Assembly: GCA_003602475.1 (NCBI GenBank)
Contig: QQSC01000015.1
Location: 46,313-110,312 of the forward strand
Source: Candidatus Poseidoniales archaeon
GTDB taxonomy: Archaea > Thermoplasmatota > Poseidoniia > Poseidoniales > Poseidoniaceae
Direction of reading: 5' to 3'
DNA length: 64,000 nt
Shown: positions 10,501-18,488 of the stretch, in pieces
Position numbering within the stretch: position 1 is the first letter of the stretch
Layout of the letters: the number at the start of each line of letters is the position of its first letter
Made by a program: the position numbers and the translations under genes
The notes under the pieces: generated by a model
Told to the model about the DNA's origin: nothing
What the model saw: the letters and a program-made list of their open reading frames with translations, nothing else
Databases searched by the model: none

Positions 10501-12465
10501 GATGACGCTCAACGTCAGTTTGCTGAGGCGTGGTTGACCATGATCCGAGAGATCGGTGCTGAACACGGCCACGATGTCTCCACCATTCACGCTCAGATGA
10601 ACACCCTTCGGGAACTCGACAGGGCAGGACCAAAAGCCATCAGTCCCGTCTCGACCGACGCCGTCCAGATCATGACCATTCACGGTTCGAAAGGCCTGCA
10701 GGCTCCGGTGGTGGTGGTCACCGGATTGTTCACCGCAGGCATTGCCGACGCCTCCATTTCGGTTCAGGACAACGTGCTCGTTACGCCTCAAGTGGTGGCC
10801 GGTCGCGTTCAGCCATGGCTGACACAAGAACGGCCGCTGGACGGCTTGTGGGCCTTTGCAACACAGATGAACAAAGCCCAAGACAAAGCTGAACTGCGAA
10901 GAAAGTTCTACGTCGCATTAACCCGAGTCAAAGACCGATTGATTCTCACCGGGTCCCCGGGGGACAGGACCAATTGGAACGCAACATCAGGCGATTTGGC
11001 GGTCAACATCAAGCCGGACGCGAGAACGATGGGCCACATGCTGTTCCTCGGTTTGCGAAGAGCGGCATGGGTGGCCGAGGCAACCGACGGGTTTTGGTTG
11101 CAGGGTGAAGAGGTTGGATGCGAGGTATTGCCACCGTACCAACCACGTCGCGACCCGGTTCCCTTCAATCCCGCTTTGATGCTCACCGATTCACCGTTGG
11201 GCGATGAAGGGGTCCAAGGATTGCGTGTCTACCATCATCCGAATTGCTTTGAGCACCCATCTCCGCCCTCGCCACAACAAACCATTGCAACGCTGGCGAA
11301 TGTTCTTCGCACCGTCGAAGCAGCGGTTCCAGAACCTGCCTTGGCTCTGACCTCAACGTCCGTTACCCTCAAAGGCGCCGCTCACCATCTTGATACCACG
11401 TCAACTTGTCCTCGGCGGTATTGGTTGGAGCACATCAAGGGCTGGTCGACCGAACCGTTTTGGCTTCCTGGAATGCCTCGACCTCCCAAACAACAGAAAG
11501 GATGGCCTGAGGCAACAACTTTCGGATTAATGATGCACAGGCTGTTGGAAATCGGGCTCCACAACCCTCGTCAACTCCATCCCAACTCCGCTCATCTTTC
11601 CAGATCTTGGATGCACGAAGGCCACGATCGCCTGACCAACAACTCGGCCATGGGTGAAGTGATGCATGAGTTTGGATTTGGATTCGAACAAGCGACGGGA
11701 ACGGATGAAGCTGTCTGGCGGGCCAGGTTGCATCATTTGGCCACCCTTGTCCAACGCGGGCGCCTTGGACAATACCTTGGAGGCGCCACCGTTGAGGGGT
11801 GGACCGTTGAGGCGTTGCGCACCGAATTGCCGTTTTTCCATCGTCATCCGATGACCATGGACCATCGAAATGAGGGCCCGTTCACCGCCCCATCCCACGT
11901 GACTTCTGTGGTGATGGAATTCAGCGGACGAGCAGATTTGGTGCTGGCACTTTCCAACGGAAAAGGTCCGGGAGCCCTCCAAGTGGTCGATCTAAAAACG
12001 AAAGGCTGCCTTTCCGGCTTCAACGAATCCGATCCAAGCAAAGGGCACCGCTTGCAAGCCATCGCCCCCGAGGTGACCGAACTCAGCCCTCTCAACGAAG
12101 CAGAAGCAGAGATGCTGGCTGAACACCGCCTTCAACTGACGCTGTACTCCATGGCCTTGGAGGCCATGGAACTTCAACGGCCACCTGAACAACGACGCAC
12201 CGTCTTGCCTCCCGCCATTTTGGTGGGTGCCAACGGCCGGATGGTGGCTTTGAGTGAAGACGAGTACGACCAGGCTCGCATCACGCTGGAAAACCATCTT
12301 CATTGGCGGGCCTTGATGCATTTAGAAGAGGACCCCACCGGCCCGGAACGGTTGCCACTTGAGGCCGATGCCTGCGGCATGTGCCCTTACCACCGGGGGC
12401 ATGTGCGGCGGTGTGGTCCAAAAGGCGAACCGTTGGGTTTGGGTCCGTTCACTTCTGACCCATGA
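7537..12465 (+). CDS. AddA/RexA-like UvrD-family (SF1A) helicase fused to a C-terminal RecB-type nuclease with a Cas4/AddB-like Fe–S cysteine cluster.
   Basis: Motif I is LDAGAGTGKTTV. Motif Ia is VAITFTKKAAAELK. Motif II is FIIDEYQDTN. Motif III is GDMKQSIYRFRQA. Motif IV is LTSNHRTRANLMN. Motifs V/VI are IMTIHGSKGLQAP and YVALTRVKDRLILTG. The nuclease region has TSTCPRRYWLEH, GRADLVLA, VVDLKTKG and the terminal CGMCPYHRGHVRRC. It is translationally coupled to the upstream gene. Confidence 0.8.
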   Translation: MMVRFNNSQRLGLDLDRHIALDAGAGTGKTTVMAERYVQHLIAHDQRATHVTPPGPRTPLSGLGALRAPQRERTGIDAWPGLLPAEVVAITFTKKAAAELKARIRVRLARSRAHAPTEDDTEGMFDPRLRSNADVEMLLSSLDEAPISTIDAFLHRLVQPYIDRVALYPAHDMVAEAQTPLMLNDALHTVWRVRSVEDAHEAGVLNHHQAFIDARNRLVTLLGGQQPAEVVLKGLMGRSLFVEQSHRSMIQRAERLGLPWNGRGPAPVALLLDLIAEPVADDVVPFVEELHATLGTWKDLFLAHHANCVAPSEAETHLTRFNHLVRMAQAPCPHQPGDALRWAWSLMMALASSSGLDRRPTSFFPRNNLPNADEWPSGLLSKSNVKGMSKGEKDDLYAIAQGFQDVLRDRLNSPLGSLVHLLSRAAFFLNPGDGLDGIPLTSPLRVEPLALPLTDQPPALGTYIDGALQTEVLSDLITIHRACHQILARRKSLDGLHDFDDLQRYAADVLLARCPDACRHLYPPEVIDVLDGLGDEPWSDAHITRALTLLSDQEPLREDLHRRFLILGEIRRQYRAFIIDEYQDTNPSHFRLLARLWGRRTRQSDDPMRPQGDWDPTVCIVGDMKQSIYRFRQAEVSVMRRAVAMIRTSNLLESGDTRLNHLQQEGHGRDPRPVGAGGEGGSFSNDHSITVSAPHSFVRLDIEDGETTPSIDGERLFRRQEGHIDLTSNHRTRANLMNTMNDVFDEVFDPVHHELPGDWHAESQRLRPARETEEGGVLEWLLPVQGDLGDVAADLDAPLNTFEDPNASAVHLEHELLAQRLSSLVNGDSTRVWNSTEASWTNVPETGPSVRPSDVMILVNSRRHLPDLVQRLRARGLPVMADRMGLLLTQPAVKPLQGLLTLMARPTSRLAAFTLARSPIVGMDEDATTACLQGMGPNENAWPHLIAHAPNAGVRMLLQRLRRLVERGAVYEVFDDVLDHSDLLVAHPDDAQRQFAEAWLTMIREIGAEHGHDVSTIHAQMNTLRELDRAGPKAISPVSTDAVQIMTIHGSKGLQAPVVVVTGLFTAGIADASISVQDNVLVTPQVVAGRVQPWLTQERPLDGLWAFATQMNKAQDKAELRRKFYVALTRVKDRLILTGSPGDRTNWNATSGDLAVNIKPDARTMGHMLFLGLRRAAWVAEATDGFWLQGEEVGCEVLPPYQPRRDPVPFNPALMLTDSPLGDEGVQGLRVYHHPNCFEHPSPPSPQQTIATLANVLRTVEAAVPEPALALTSTSVTLKGAAHHLDTTSTCPRRYWLEHIKGWSTEPFWLPGMPRPPKQQKGWPEATTFGLMMHRLLEIGLHNPRQLHPNSAHLSRSWMHEGHDRLTNNSAMGEVMHEFGFGFEQATGTDEAVWRARLHHLATLVQRGRLGQYLGGATVEGWTVEALRTELPFFHRHPMTMDHRNEGPFTAPSHVTSVVMEFSGRADLVLALSNGKGPGALQVVDLKTKGCLSGFNESDPSKGHRLQAIAPEVTELSPLNEAEAEMLAEHRLQLTLYSMALEAMELQRPPEQRRTVLPPAILVGANGRMVALSEDEYDQARITLENHLHWRALMHLEEDPTGPERLPLEADACGMCPYHRGHVRRCGPKGEPLGLGPFTSDP

Positions 12466-13102
12466 GCACCAACGTGCCGGACCAACCGTCCTTTTCCCCG
12501 GTCTGAAACGCTTCGACCTTGCGCAAGCCGGCCGCCTGGAAACCTTGCCGCCATTCGTCAATGGTGTGCATGGCCATGTGAACGTTGAGCGATGAAGACC
12601 AATCGTGACTGGCTTCGTTTTCAGCGTAGTGATCGATACCGATGACGATCCAACCATCTTCTTTGAGCCAATTGTTTCTCACCGATTTAAGAAACGACAT
12701 GGGGTCTTTGAGGTAATAGAGAAATTCCATGCTGTGCACGAGGTCCACCGGTTCATCGGGGGTCCATTCCGGTAGCATGGCGAGGGTGTAGGACCCCTCA
12801 GGGTCCACCGCTCTGGCCTTTTCAATCATGGTGCCGGCCCCGTCAACACCTGATGCATTTGCACAATTTGGATGAGCGCTGATTTTGCGAACAACCCAAC
12901 CGTTTCCACACCCCACATCGATGGCGGTGAATCCTTCATTCATGCCGGGTAGTACGGCTTCCAGCATGGTCATCACGCTGTTGCTGTGCCCTTTTTCCAT
13001 GCCTACATCTCGCCCGGAGGCGGCCCAGTCGCTGAACAAGTCCGTGGCTTTACGTTGGCTCATGGGCGTGGCTAACCTGCTCTCTTCCATCAAGATGTTC
13101 AT
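12449..13102 (-). CDS. Class I SAM-dependent methyltransferase.
   Basis: Motif I is IDVGCGNGW. It has a Rossmann-like fold pattern and a size of about 200 aa. Confidence 0.7.
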   Translation of the reverse strand: MNILMEESRLATPMSQRKATDLFSDWAASGRDVGMEKGHSNSVMTMLEAVLPGMNEGFTAIDVGCGNGWVVRKISAHPNCANASGVDGAGTMIEKARAVDPEGSYTLAMLPEWTPDEPVDLVHSMEFLYYLKDPMSFLKSVRNNWLKEDGWIVIGIDHYAENEASHDWSSSLNVHMAMHTIDEWRQGFQAAGLRKVEAFQTGEKDGWSGTLVLMGQK

Positions 13103-13113
13103 GGGAAAGGAAC

Positions 13114-14103
13114 ATGGTTTTCCACGGCCGCCCTCGGGTCATGCTTGACCTGTCCTCGACCTTGGATGATGTGCTCTACCCGCCCCATGAACCCCACACC
13201 ACAGGACGTCTTGCGGTGAGCGACCTTCACACCGTGGCTTGGGAAATGAGTGGCAACCCCGACGGCATCCCTGTGGTGGTCCTGCACGGAGGACCTGGAG
13301 GGGGAGGGCAGCCGTCTTACCGGCGATATTTCGATCCAGATGCATTCAACATCGTTCAATTCGATCAGCGCGGTTGCGGTTCATCCACCCCTCATGCAGA
13401 ATTAACCGACAACACAACCCACCACCTGGTTGAGGACATCGAACAGTTGCGAACTCACCTTGGCATTGAATCATGGCATGTCTTTGGCGGCTCGTGGGGT
13501 TCAACCCTGTCCCTCATCTACGCCCAGCACCATCCCAATCGCGTACGTTCATTGGTGCTTCGGGGTATTTTCATGTGCCGAAAGAGCGAACTTCGTTGGT
13601 TCTATCAGGACGGTGCGAGTCACCTTTTCCCCGATGCGTTTGAGCCCTACCGCGAGCACATTCCCGCGGAAGAACAGCACGATTTGATTTCAGCTTACTA
13701 TCAACGACTGACCAGTGAGGATGTCGACGTGCGAAGGGCTGCAGCCAAGGAATGGACGCGCTGGGAAATGGCCACGAGCCGATTGTTCCCAGACCCTTCT
13801 TATTTGGAAAAAGCAGAGGATCTTGACTTTGCGGTGGCTTTTGCTCGAATCGAATGCCACTATTTCATTAATGCGATTTTCGTAGAGGAGGCTCACATCC
13901 TTAATCGCGTTGAACGGCTCAAAGGCATTGACACGGTGATCGTTCAAGGGCGATACGACGTCGTTTGTCCTCCGAGGAGCGCATGGGAACTTCACAACGC
14001 CATGCCCGACAGTCGTTTGGTGATGGTGCCCGATGCCGGGCATTCCATGGGCGAAGTCAGCATCGCCCGTGAACTGGTCAAGGCCACCGATGCCTTGCGA
14101 TGA
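13114..14103 (+). CDS. pip: Proline iminopeptidase (prolyl aminopeptidase, alpha/beta hydrolase S33).
   Basis: It has VVVLHGGPGGG and FDQRGCGSS. The nucleophile elbow is GGSWGSTL. The C-terminal region has PDAGHS. The overall length is about 320 aa. Confidence 0.85.
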   Translation: MVFHGRPRVMLDLSSTLDDVLYPPHEPHTTGRLAVSDLHTVAWEMSGNPDGIPVVVLHGGPGGGGQPSYRRYFDPDAFNIVQFDQRGCGSSTPHAELTDNTTHHLVEDIEQLRTHLGIESWHVFGGSWGSTLSLIYAQHHPNRVRSLVLRGIFMCRKSELRWFYQDGASHLFPDAFEPYREHIPAEEQHDLISAYYQRLTSEDVDVRRAAAKEWTRWEMATSRLFPDPSYLEKAEDLDFAVAFARIECHYFINAIFVEEAHILNRVERLKGIDTVIVQGRYDVVCPPRSAWELHNAMPDSRLVMVPDAGHSMGEVSIARELVKATDALR

Positions 14104-14199
14104 AGGGCCAGACCCCGCCCTGCTCGGGTCCTTTCAGGCGTCGGCTTGATAGGGAGGTGTGAACTCGCGGAGAATGGAGGCTTGCCTCCCGGTGATTCA

Positions 14200-14973
14200 A
14201 TGACAGAAGGGACCATCACACCAGACATTCGCATCAAGGAACTGGAAGAAGCCTTGTCCACCGAAACAGACCGTCTGCAGAAACTGTTCGCTGCTTACGA
14301 AACTCAGGAAAAGGAACTGGTCGATGCCCGTGCAGAGATTGAAGTTCTTGAGAAGGAAATCATTGACCGGGAAATTGAGAAAGAATCCTTGGAATCCATC
14401 ATCGTTGAGAAAGATGTACGCGTCCGAGAACTTGAGATGAAGGCAACCAAAGCCTCCAAGCGAGTCGAGCACATCGAACCTGAACTGGAAAAGATGGAAG
14501 AAAAGTATTCACGAGAGAAAGACCGACTGGGCAAGGTGTTTGGTATCGCCGAGGAATTGGACAACGACCTGCGAATGGCAGTGACAGAAATGAAGGCTCG
14601 TGACGATTGGTACGTCGACCACATGAAAATTTTCGAGGACCTTAACAAGGCCATCAAGGACCGTTATGACATGATTGAGCGGGCGGTTGAATCCGAACGA
14701 AAATCTCAACACATGGCTCGTGTGTTTGAAGAACGACTCGAAGAAATGGTCGAAGCCCGAACCCAAGAAGCCCAAGAAGAAGGGTCCAATTCAGTTGAAG
14801 AGGATGCACCTTCAGAGGACCCAACCGAGGCAACAGAGGAAGAAACGACTGAACCCGTCGAAGCCCCCGAAGCCCCCGAAACCACTGAAGAGGAAGACAC
14901 GCCCTCCGAAGAAGCAGAAGAATCTCAAGCAGCATGGGGCGATGAAGCCGACCCGTGGTCGTCAAACGAGTAG
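14200..14973 (+). CDS. Coiled-coil protein with a highly acidic Glu/Thr/Pro-rich C-terminal tail.
   Basis: It has heptad-like E/K/L-rich sequence (IKELEEALSTETDRLQKLF…) and then a low-complexity acidic tail. Start taken at Met19 (GGTGA 4 nt upstream) rather than the track start at 14146. Confidence 0.45.
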   Translation: MTEGTITPDIRIKELEEALSTETDRLQKLFAAYETQEKELVDARAEIEVLEKEIIDREIEKESLESIIVEKDVRVRELEMKATKASKRVEHIEPELEKMEEKYSREKDRLGKVFGIAEELDNDLRMAVTEMKARDDWYVDHMKIFEDLNKAIKDRYDMIERAVESERKSQHMARVFEERLEEMVEARTQEAQEEGSNSVEEDAPSEDPTEATEEETTEPVEAPEAPETTEEEDTPSEEAEESQAAWGDEADPWSSNE

Positions 14974-14981
14974 GTGAACGA

Positions 14982-15848
14982 ATGGGCTTGCTGGCCCCAG
15001 GCGGCCAAACACACGTGTTGATGTTGTCTGTCATGGGCATATCTGCCTTGTCGGTTGGCGCTCTTATCGACCCCGTAGCGGGTCTGATGCCCCTCATCGG
15101 CATCCTTTGCCTCATGTTCGCTTCGTTTGTGGCTTATTTTTGGCGAGATCCCGACCGACCCATCCCCCGCACACCCGGCATTCTCCTCTCACCTGCGGAT
15201 GGCCGTTTGATGTTTGTTGAACGCGAACGGGCGGTGGGTCGGCGACCGAGTGCTGCAGAATTGACGTCGGGAGCGGTGGAATCTGATCCTCACACCGGAG
15301 ATTGGACAACAACACCGCTGTCCGAGCCTCTGTCGTTTGCCACCGAACAACGGTACGAGTCCGTTCCAACGGGTGAAGAATCTCCAACAGATGTTTGGCG
15401 GGCTGCGGTTTTCATGTCGCCCTTGGATGTTCACGTCAACCGAGCACCAGAAGCCGGCGAATTGGAACGCATTGAATTGCGACGTGGCAAGGGTCGTCGG
15501 CGAGGGCCGTTTGTGCCGGCCATGAGAAAGGAGAGCGAATGGAACGAACGCGTTCGTTCGGTGTTCGTTCTTGAGGATGGAACTCGAATGGAAGTGACCC
15601 AAATCGCAGGCGCTCTGGCTCGCAGCATTGTGCCCTACCTCTTCGTGGGTCAACCGGTCCGTCGCGGCCAGAGAATTGGAATGATCCGTCTGGGCTCTCG
15701 TGTCGACCTCCGTGTTCCCGCAGACCGCTACAACCCTGCAGAATGCATCCCGGCCTCGGCGAAGCATCCCGACCATCAAAACGGCGAACAGGTGCTGGCA
15801 GGACGAACAATCCTTTTCCATGCGAGACCGGCGGACCAGGAGGAGTAA
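14982..15848 (+). CDS. Phosphatidylserine (archaetidylserine) decarboxylase-like proenzyme with an internal acidic insertion.
   Basis: It has FWRDPDRPIP…LSPADGR and FMSPLDVHVNRAP (the SPxDYHRxHxP-like motif). Near the C-terminus it has IRLGSRVDL, where PSD proenzymes normally carry the LGST cleavage/pyruvoyl site. Start taken at Met10, where a GGTGA lies 4 nt upstream. Confidence 0.6.
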   Translation: MGLLAPGGQTHVLMLSVMGISALSVGALIDPVAGLMPLIGILCLMFASFVAYFWRDPDRPIPRTPGILLSPADGRLMFVERERAVGRRPSAAELTSGAVESDPHTGDWTTTPLSEPLSFATEQRYESVPTGEESPTDVWRAAVFMSPLDVHVNRAPEAGELERIELRRGKGRRRGPFVPAMRKESEWNERVRSVFVLEDGTRMEVTQIAGALARSIVPYLFVGQPVRRGQRIGMIRLGSRVDLRVPADRYNPAECIPASAKHPDHQNGEQVLAGRTILFHARPADQEE

Positions 15849-15850
15849 CC

Positions 15851-16918
15851 ATGTGGAAACGCTCCGTACCCGCCTTTCTTGTCCTGTTGCTGGTCAGCGC
15901 TCCGATGCTGTATTTTCAAGCCGGCAATTTGGTGTACAGCCAAGCAGCAGCCAGCAGTCCCGATTGTTCGGGCCACGCCGAGCGCAATTCACCTGACCGT
16001 TTCAGCGTGGAGTTGTGGCACGAGGACGTCAACGTCGTGACCCATGCAAAAAACGAAACCTTGGCCGATGACTTGGAGCATCTTTGGTTTGAGTCGTGGG
16101 ACAATGCGACCATTGAGGTGCCTAACGAATCCATTGAACTCGCTGCTTGGATCATGGAGAACAACGCATCCAGCCCTTGGGTCATCGTTGTTCATGGGAT
16201 TCGCTCGTGCAAGGCCAATCACGAAGTCCTTATTCCAGCGGCATGGCTTCATCAAGCCGGGTACAACGTGATCCTCTTTGACATGCGGGACCATGGTGAA
16301 AGCACGGTTGAAGACGGTTTGGTGTCTGCCGGTCAACGGGAACATCGCGATGTACTGGCTGTTTGGCAGTGGTTGCAAGACACCAAGGGTGCTCAACCAG
16401 AACACATCGGTGCGGTAGGCATCTCGATGGGTGCGGGCGCTGTGTCCATCGCTTTTGAGCAAGAGCCGCTGCTCCAATCCGTGTTCCTTGAGTCGCCGTA
16501 TTCTTCCATGGGCAACATCATCGAAGAGGAATTGGTGTTTGCCGGTTTCCCAGTTTTTCTCAAGGACGCCGCTCTCTTCGCTGGCAAGGTTTCTTCGGGT
16601 GACAATTTGGTGAAGTACGAACCGATCGAGGCGATGGATGTCGTGGGGGAACGCTCCGTGTTTGTGACCCACTCCCTCGAGGACATCCGCATCAACACCT
16701 ACCACGGGGAGTTGATGTGCGAGACCGCCCGAGCCAGCGTTGACGTCAACGGAACGGTGGACTGCTGGTTTGCCTCATCGGCGGTTTCTCACAGCGACGG
16801 CGACAAGGAAGGCGTGTTGTCCCACATCACGTTGATGTTGACGCAACCCGACGCTTATCGGGACCGACTTGTCAATTTCTTCGGAACCAGCATTGGCTCC
16901 CCGGATGCGGTGGTTTGA
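15851..16918 (+). CDS. Membrane-anchored alpha/beta-fold hydrolase.
   Basis: It has an N-terminal signal/TM segment (MWKRSVPAFLVLLLVSAPMLYF). The nucleophile elbow GISMGAG is a GxSxG motif. There is an AGGAGG Shine–Dalgarno-like sequence 6 nt upstream of the ATG. The ORF track's upstream extension from 15743 overlaps the previous gene and is unlikely. Confidence 0.7.
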   Translation: MWKRSVPAFLVLLLVSAPMLYFQAGNLVYSQAAASSPDCSGHAERNSPDRFSVELWHEDVNVVTHAKNETLADDLEHLWFESWDNATIEVPNESIELAAWIMENNASSPWVIVVHGIRSCKANHEVLIPAAWLHQAGYNVILFDMRDHGESTVEDGLVSAGQREHRDVLAVWQWLQDTKGAQPEHIGAVGISMGAGAVSIAFEQEPLLQSVFLESPYSSMGNIIEEELVFAGFPVFLKDAALFAGKVSSGDNLVKYEPIEAMDVVGERSVFVTHSLEDIRINTYHGELMCETARASVDVNGTVDCWFASSAVSHSDGDKEGVLSHITLMLTQPDAYRDRLVNFFGTSIGSPDAVV

Positions 16919-16952
16919 AACCCACCATGCTCACGACCAAGCAGGGACGACC

Positions 16953-18104
16953 ATGACGACGCCAATCAACACCCGTTTGCTTGGTTCGGGAGGCAAAGGT
17001 CTCCGCATCCACGACCTGGTCAAAGCTCCAGCGAACACACCGTGGGCCGTTGCCAAACAACAATCCTGGGACGCCAGCGAACCCGCAACGGTCTACACGA
17101 CACCCGAGGTTCGATGGGACAGTGAGCCGTGTTCCGCAGTGACGGTCATCCTTCGAACCAAGGGGTGCCACTGGTGGTGGTCATCGGGTTGCACCTTTTG
17201 CGGATACTTCAACGACACTCGAGACGATGTATCCAACGATGATTTGCACGCTCAATGGGCCCATGCTTTGGAGAAGTTTGACGATTTTGCAGACCATGAT
17301 ATGGTCAAGGTGTACACCTCCGGCAGTCTTCTTGAGGACCGAGAAATACCAGTGGCGTTCCAAGAGACCGTTCTTGCAGATTGTGCACGCCTGGGCAAGG
17401 AATTGGTCGTCGAGAGTCGCTGCGAGCAACTGACGGAAGAGAAACTCGCATGGGCCACTTCAGTGAATCCCCATTTCACCGTTGCCATTGGCCTTGAGGC
17501 CTACGACGACGAAGTGTTGAGGTTCCACGTGAACAAAGGGTTCACCACCTCATCTTGGGAGCGCGCTGTGGACCAATTGCAAGCCTTCAACCTCCGGGTT
17601 AAGACGTACTTGATGTTCAAACCCCCGTTCATGTCAGAGGCGGACGCCTTGGATCACAGCATCAACTGGATTGACGCCGTGGCCGACCGTTCCGACGAGA
17701 TCTCTGTCAACCCGATGAACATCCAACGCGGCACCGTCATTGATCGATTGCACCGTCACAACGAATACCGTCCACCGTGGTTGTGGTCGTTGGTGTCCAT
17801 GATCAAACAAAGTCACGCTTTGATTCATGCCGAACCCACCCGTCCACGCACCCGCCTTATCGTCCACCCAACGGCCGGTGGAAAAATCCGTGGCTCCCAC
17901 AATTGTGGCTCCTGCGACAGTGAAGTTGTGGCGGCCATCGAACGCTACGCAGTATCTGCCGATTTGATGGAGTTTGAGGGGTTGGACTGCGACTGCCGTT
18001 CCGTATGGGAGGCCGAACTTCGCAACGATCGGGCCCTCCCGGTGCCGCTCGGGGTGTCCAAACCCCGACGAGGCCAAGCAATTGATATCTTACGCTCACC
18101 ATAA
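16953..18104 (+). CDS. Fe–S enzyme, radical-SAM-like, with a non-canonical CX7CX2C cluster motif and a second C-terminal Cys cluster.
   Basis: It has KGCHWWWSSGCTFCGY (C-x7-C-x2-C, followed by an aromatic as in radical SAM loops). It has a C-terminal CGSCDS…LDCDC cluster. Start moved to Met29 to avoid overlap with the hydrolase. Confidence 0.45.
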   Translation: MTTPINTRLLGSGGKGLRIHDLVKAPANTPWAVAKQQSWDASEPATVYTTPEVRWDSEPCSAVTVILRTKGCHWWWSSGCTFCGYFNDTRDDVSNDDLHAQWAHALEKFDDFADHDMVKVYTSGSLLEDREIPVAFQETVLADCARLGKELVVESRCEQLTEEKLAWATSVNPHFTVAIGLEAYDDEVLRFHVNKGFTTSSWERAVDQLQAFNLRVKTYLMFKPPFMSEADALDHSINWIDAVADRSDEISVNPMNIQRGTVIDRLHRHNEYRPPWLWSLVSMIKQSHALIHAEPTRPRTRLIVHPTAGGKIRGSHNCGSCDSEVVAAIERYAVSADLMEFEGLDCDCRSVWEAELRNDRALPVPLGVSKPRRGQAIDILRSP

Positions 18105-18206
18105 TGCGCATTCAGTGAGCGTATTCTCTCCATTCATGTGGTGAATCTTTATCATCGCTCCACCGGTGGCGAGGGTTGTCCCTAAGGGGCAAGTTCTGGT
18201 GTTGGC

Positions 18207-18479
18207 ATGTCAAAATCTTCTGCTCTTCCTGATACCATGGTCGGAACCGGTGAACCATCGGCAAGCCGCGTGGTTATGTCGCTGATGTTCATCGGTATTC
18301 TCGGCCTCTACTCACTCTTTTCCAACGTGTTTGGTTGGGACAACCTCCCCGTGTTGGGCGAACTGGTGCCCCTTGTCCAAAACCTCGGTTCAGGTGGCAT
18401 CTGGTACTACCTCATCGGCTTCTTGGTTGGAATCGGCGCCATTGTGGCCACCCTCGTGGGCGAGGTGCTCGCAGAATAA
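18207..18479 (+). CDS. Small two-helix membrane protein.
   Basis: Two hydrophobic helices are predicted by eye. It lies 10 nt upstream of the large membrane protein, a possible operon. Confidence 0.4.
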   Translation: MSKSSALPDTMVGTGEPSASRVVMSLMFIGILGLYSLFSNVFGWDNLPVLGELVPLVQNLGSGGIWYYLIGFLVGIGAIVATLVGEVLAE

Positions 18480-18488
18480 GGAGGTGGA

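Noticed and set aside
9010-11982. Several 150–200-aa minus-strand ORFs inside the AddA-like gene.
   Set aside because: The plus frame carries the ordered UvrD helicase motifs. The minus ORFs are GC-skew artefacts.
14176-14189. GGAGGC-TT-GCCTCC hairpin downstream of pip.
   Set aside because: The loop is too short (2 nt) and there is no following T-tract, so it is not a convincing terminator. The GGAGG may simply be SD-like sequence.
15189-16705. Two long minus-strand ORFs (15189..15821 and 15989..16705).
   Set aside because: They are antisense to the PSD-like and alpha/beta-hydrolase genes, which have clear catalytic motifs in the plus frames.
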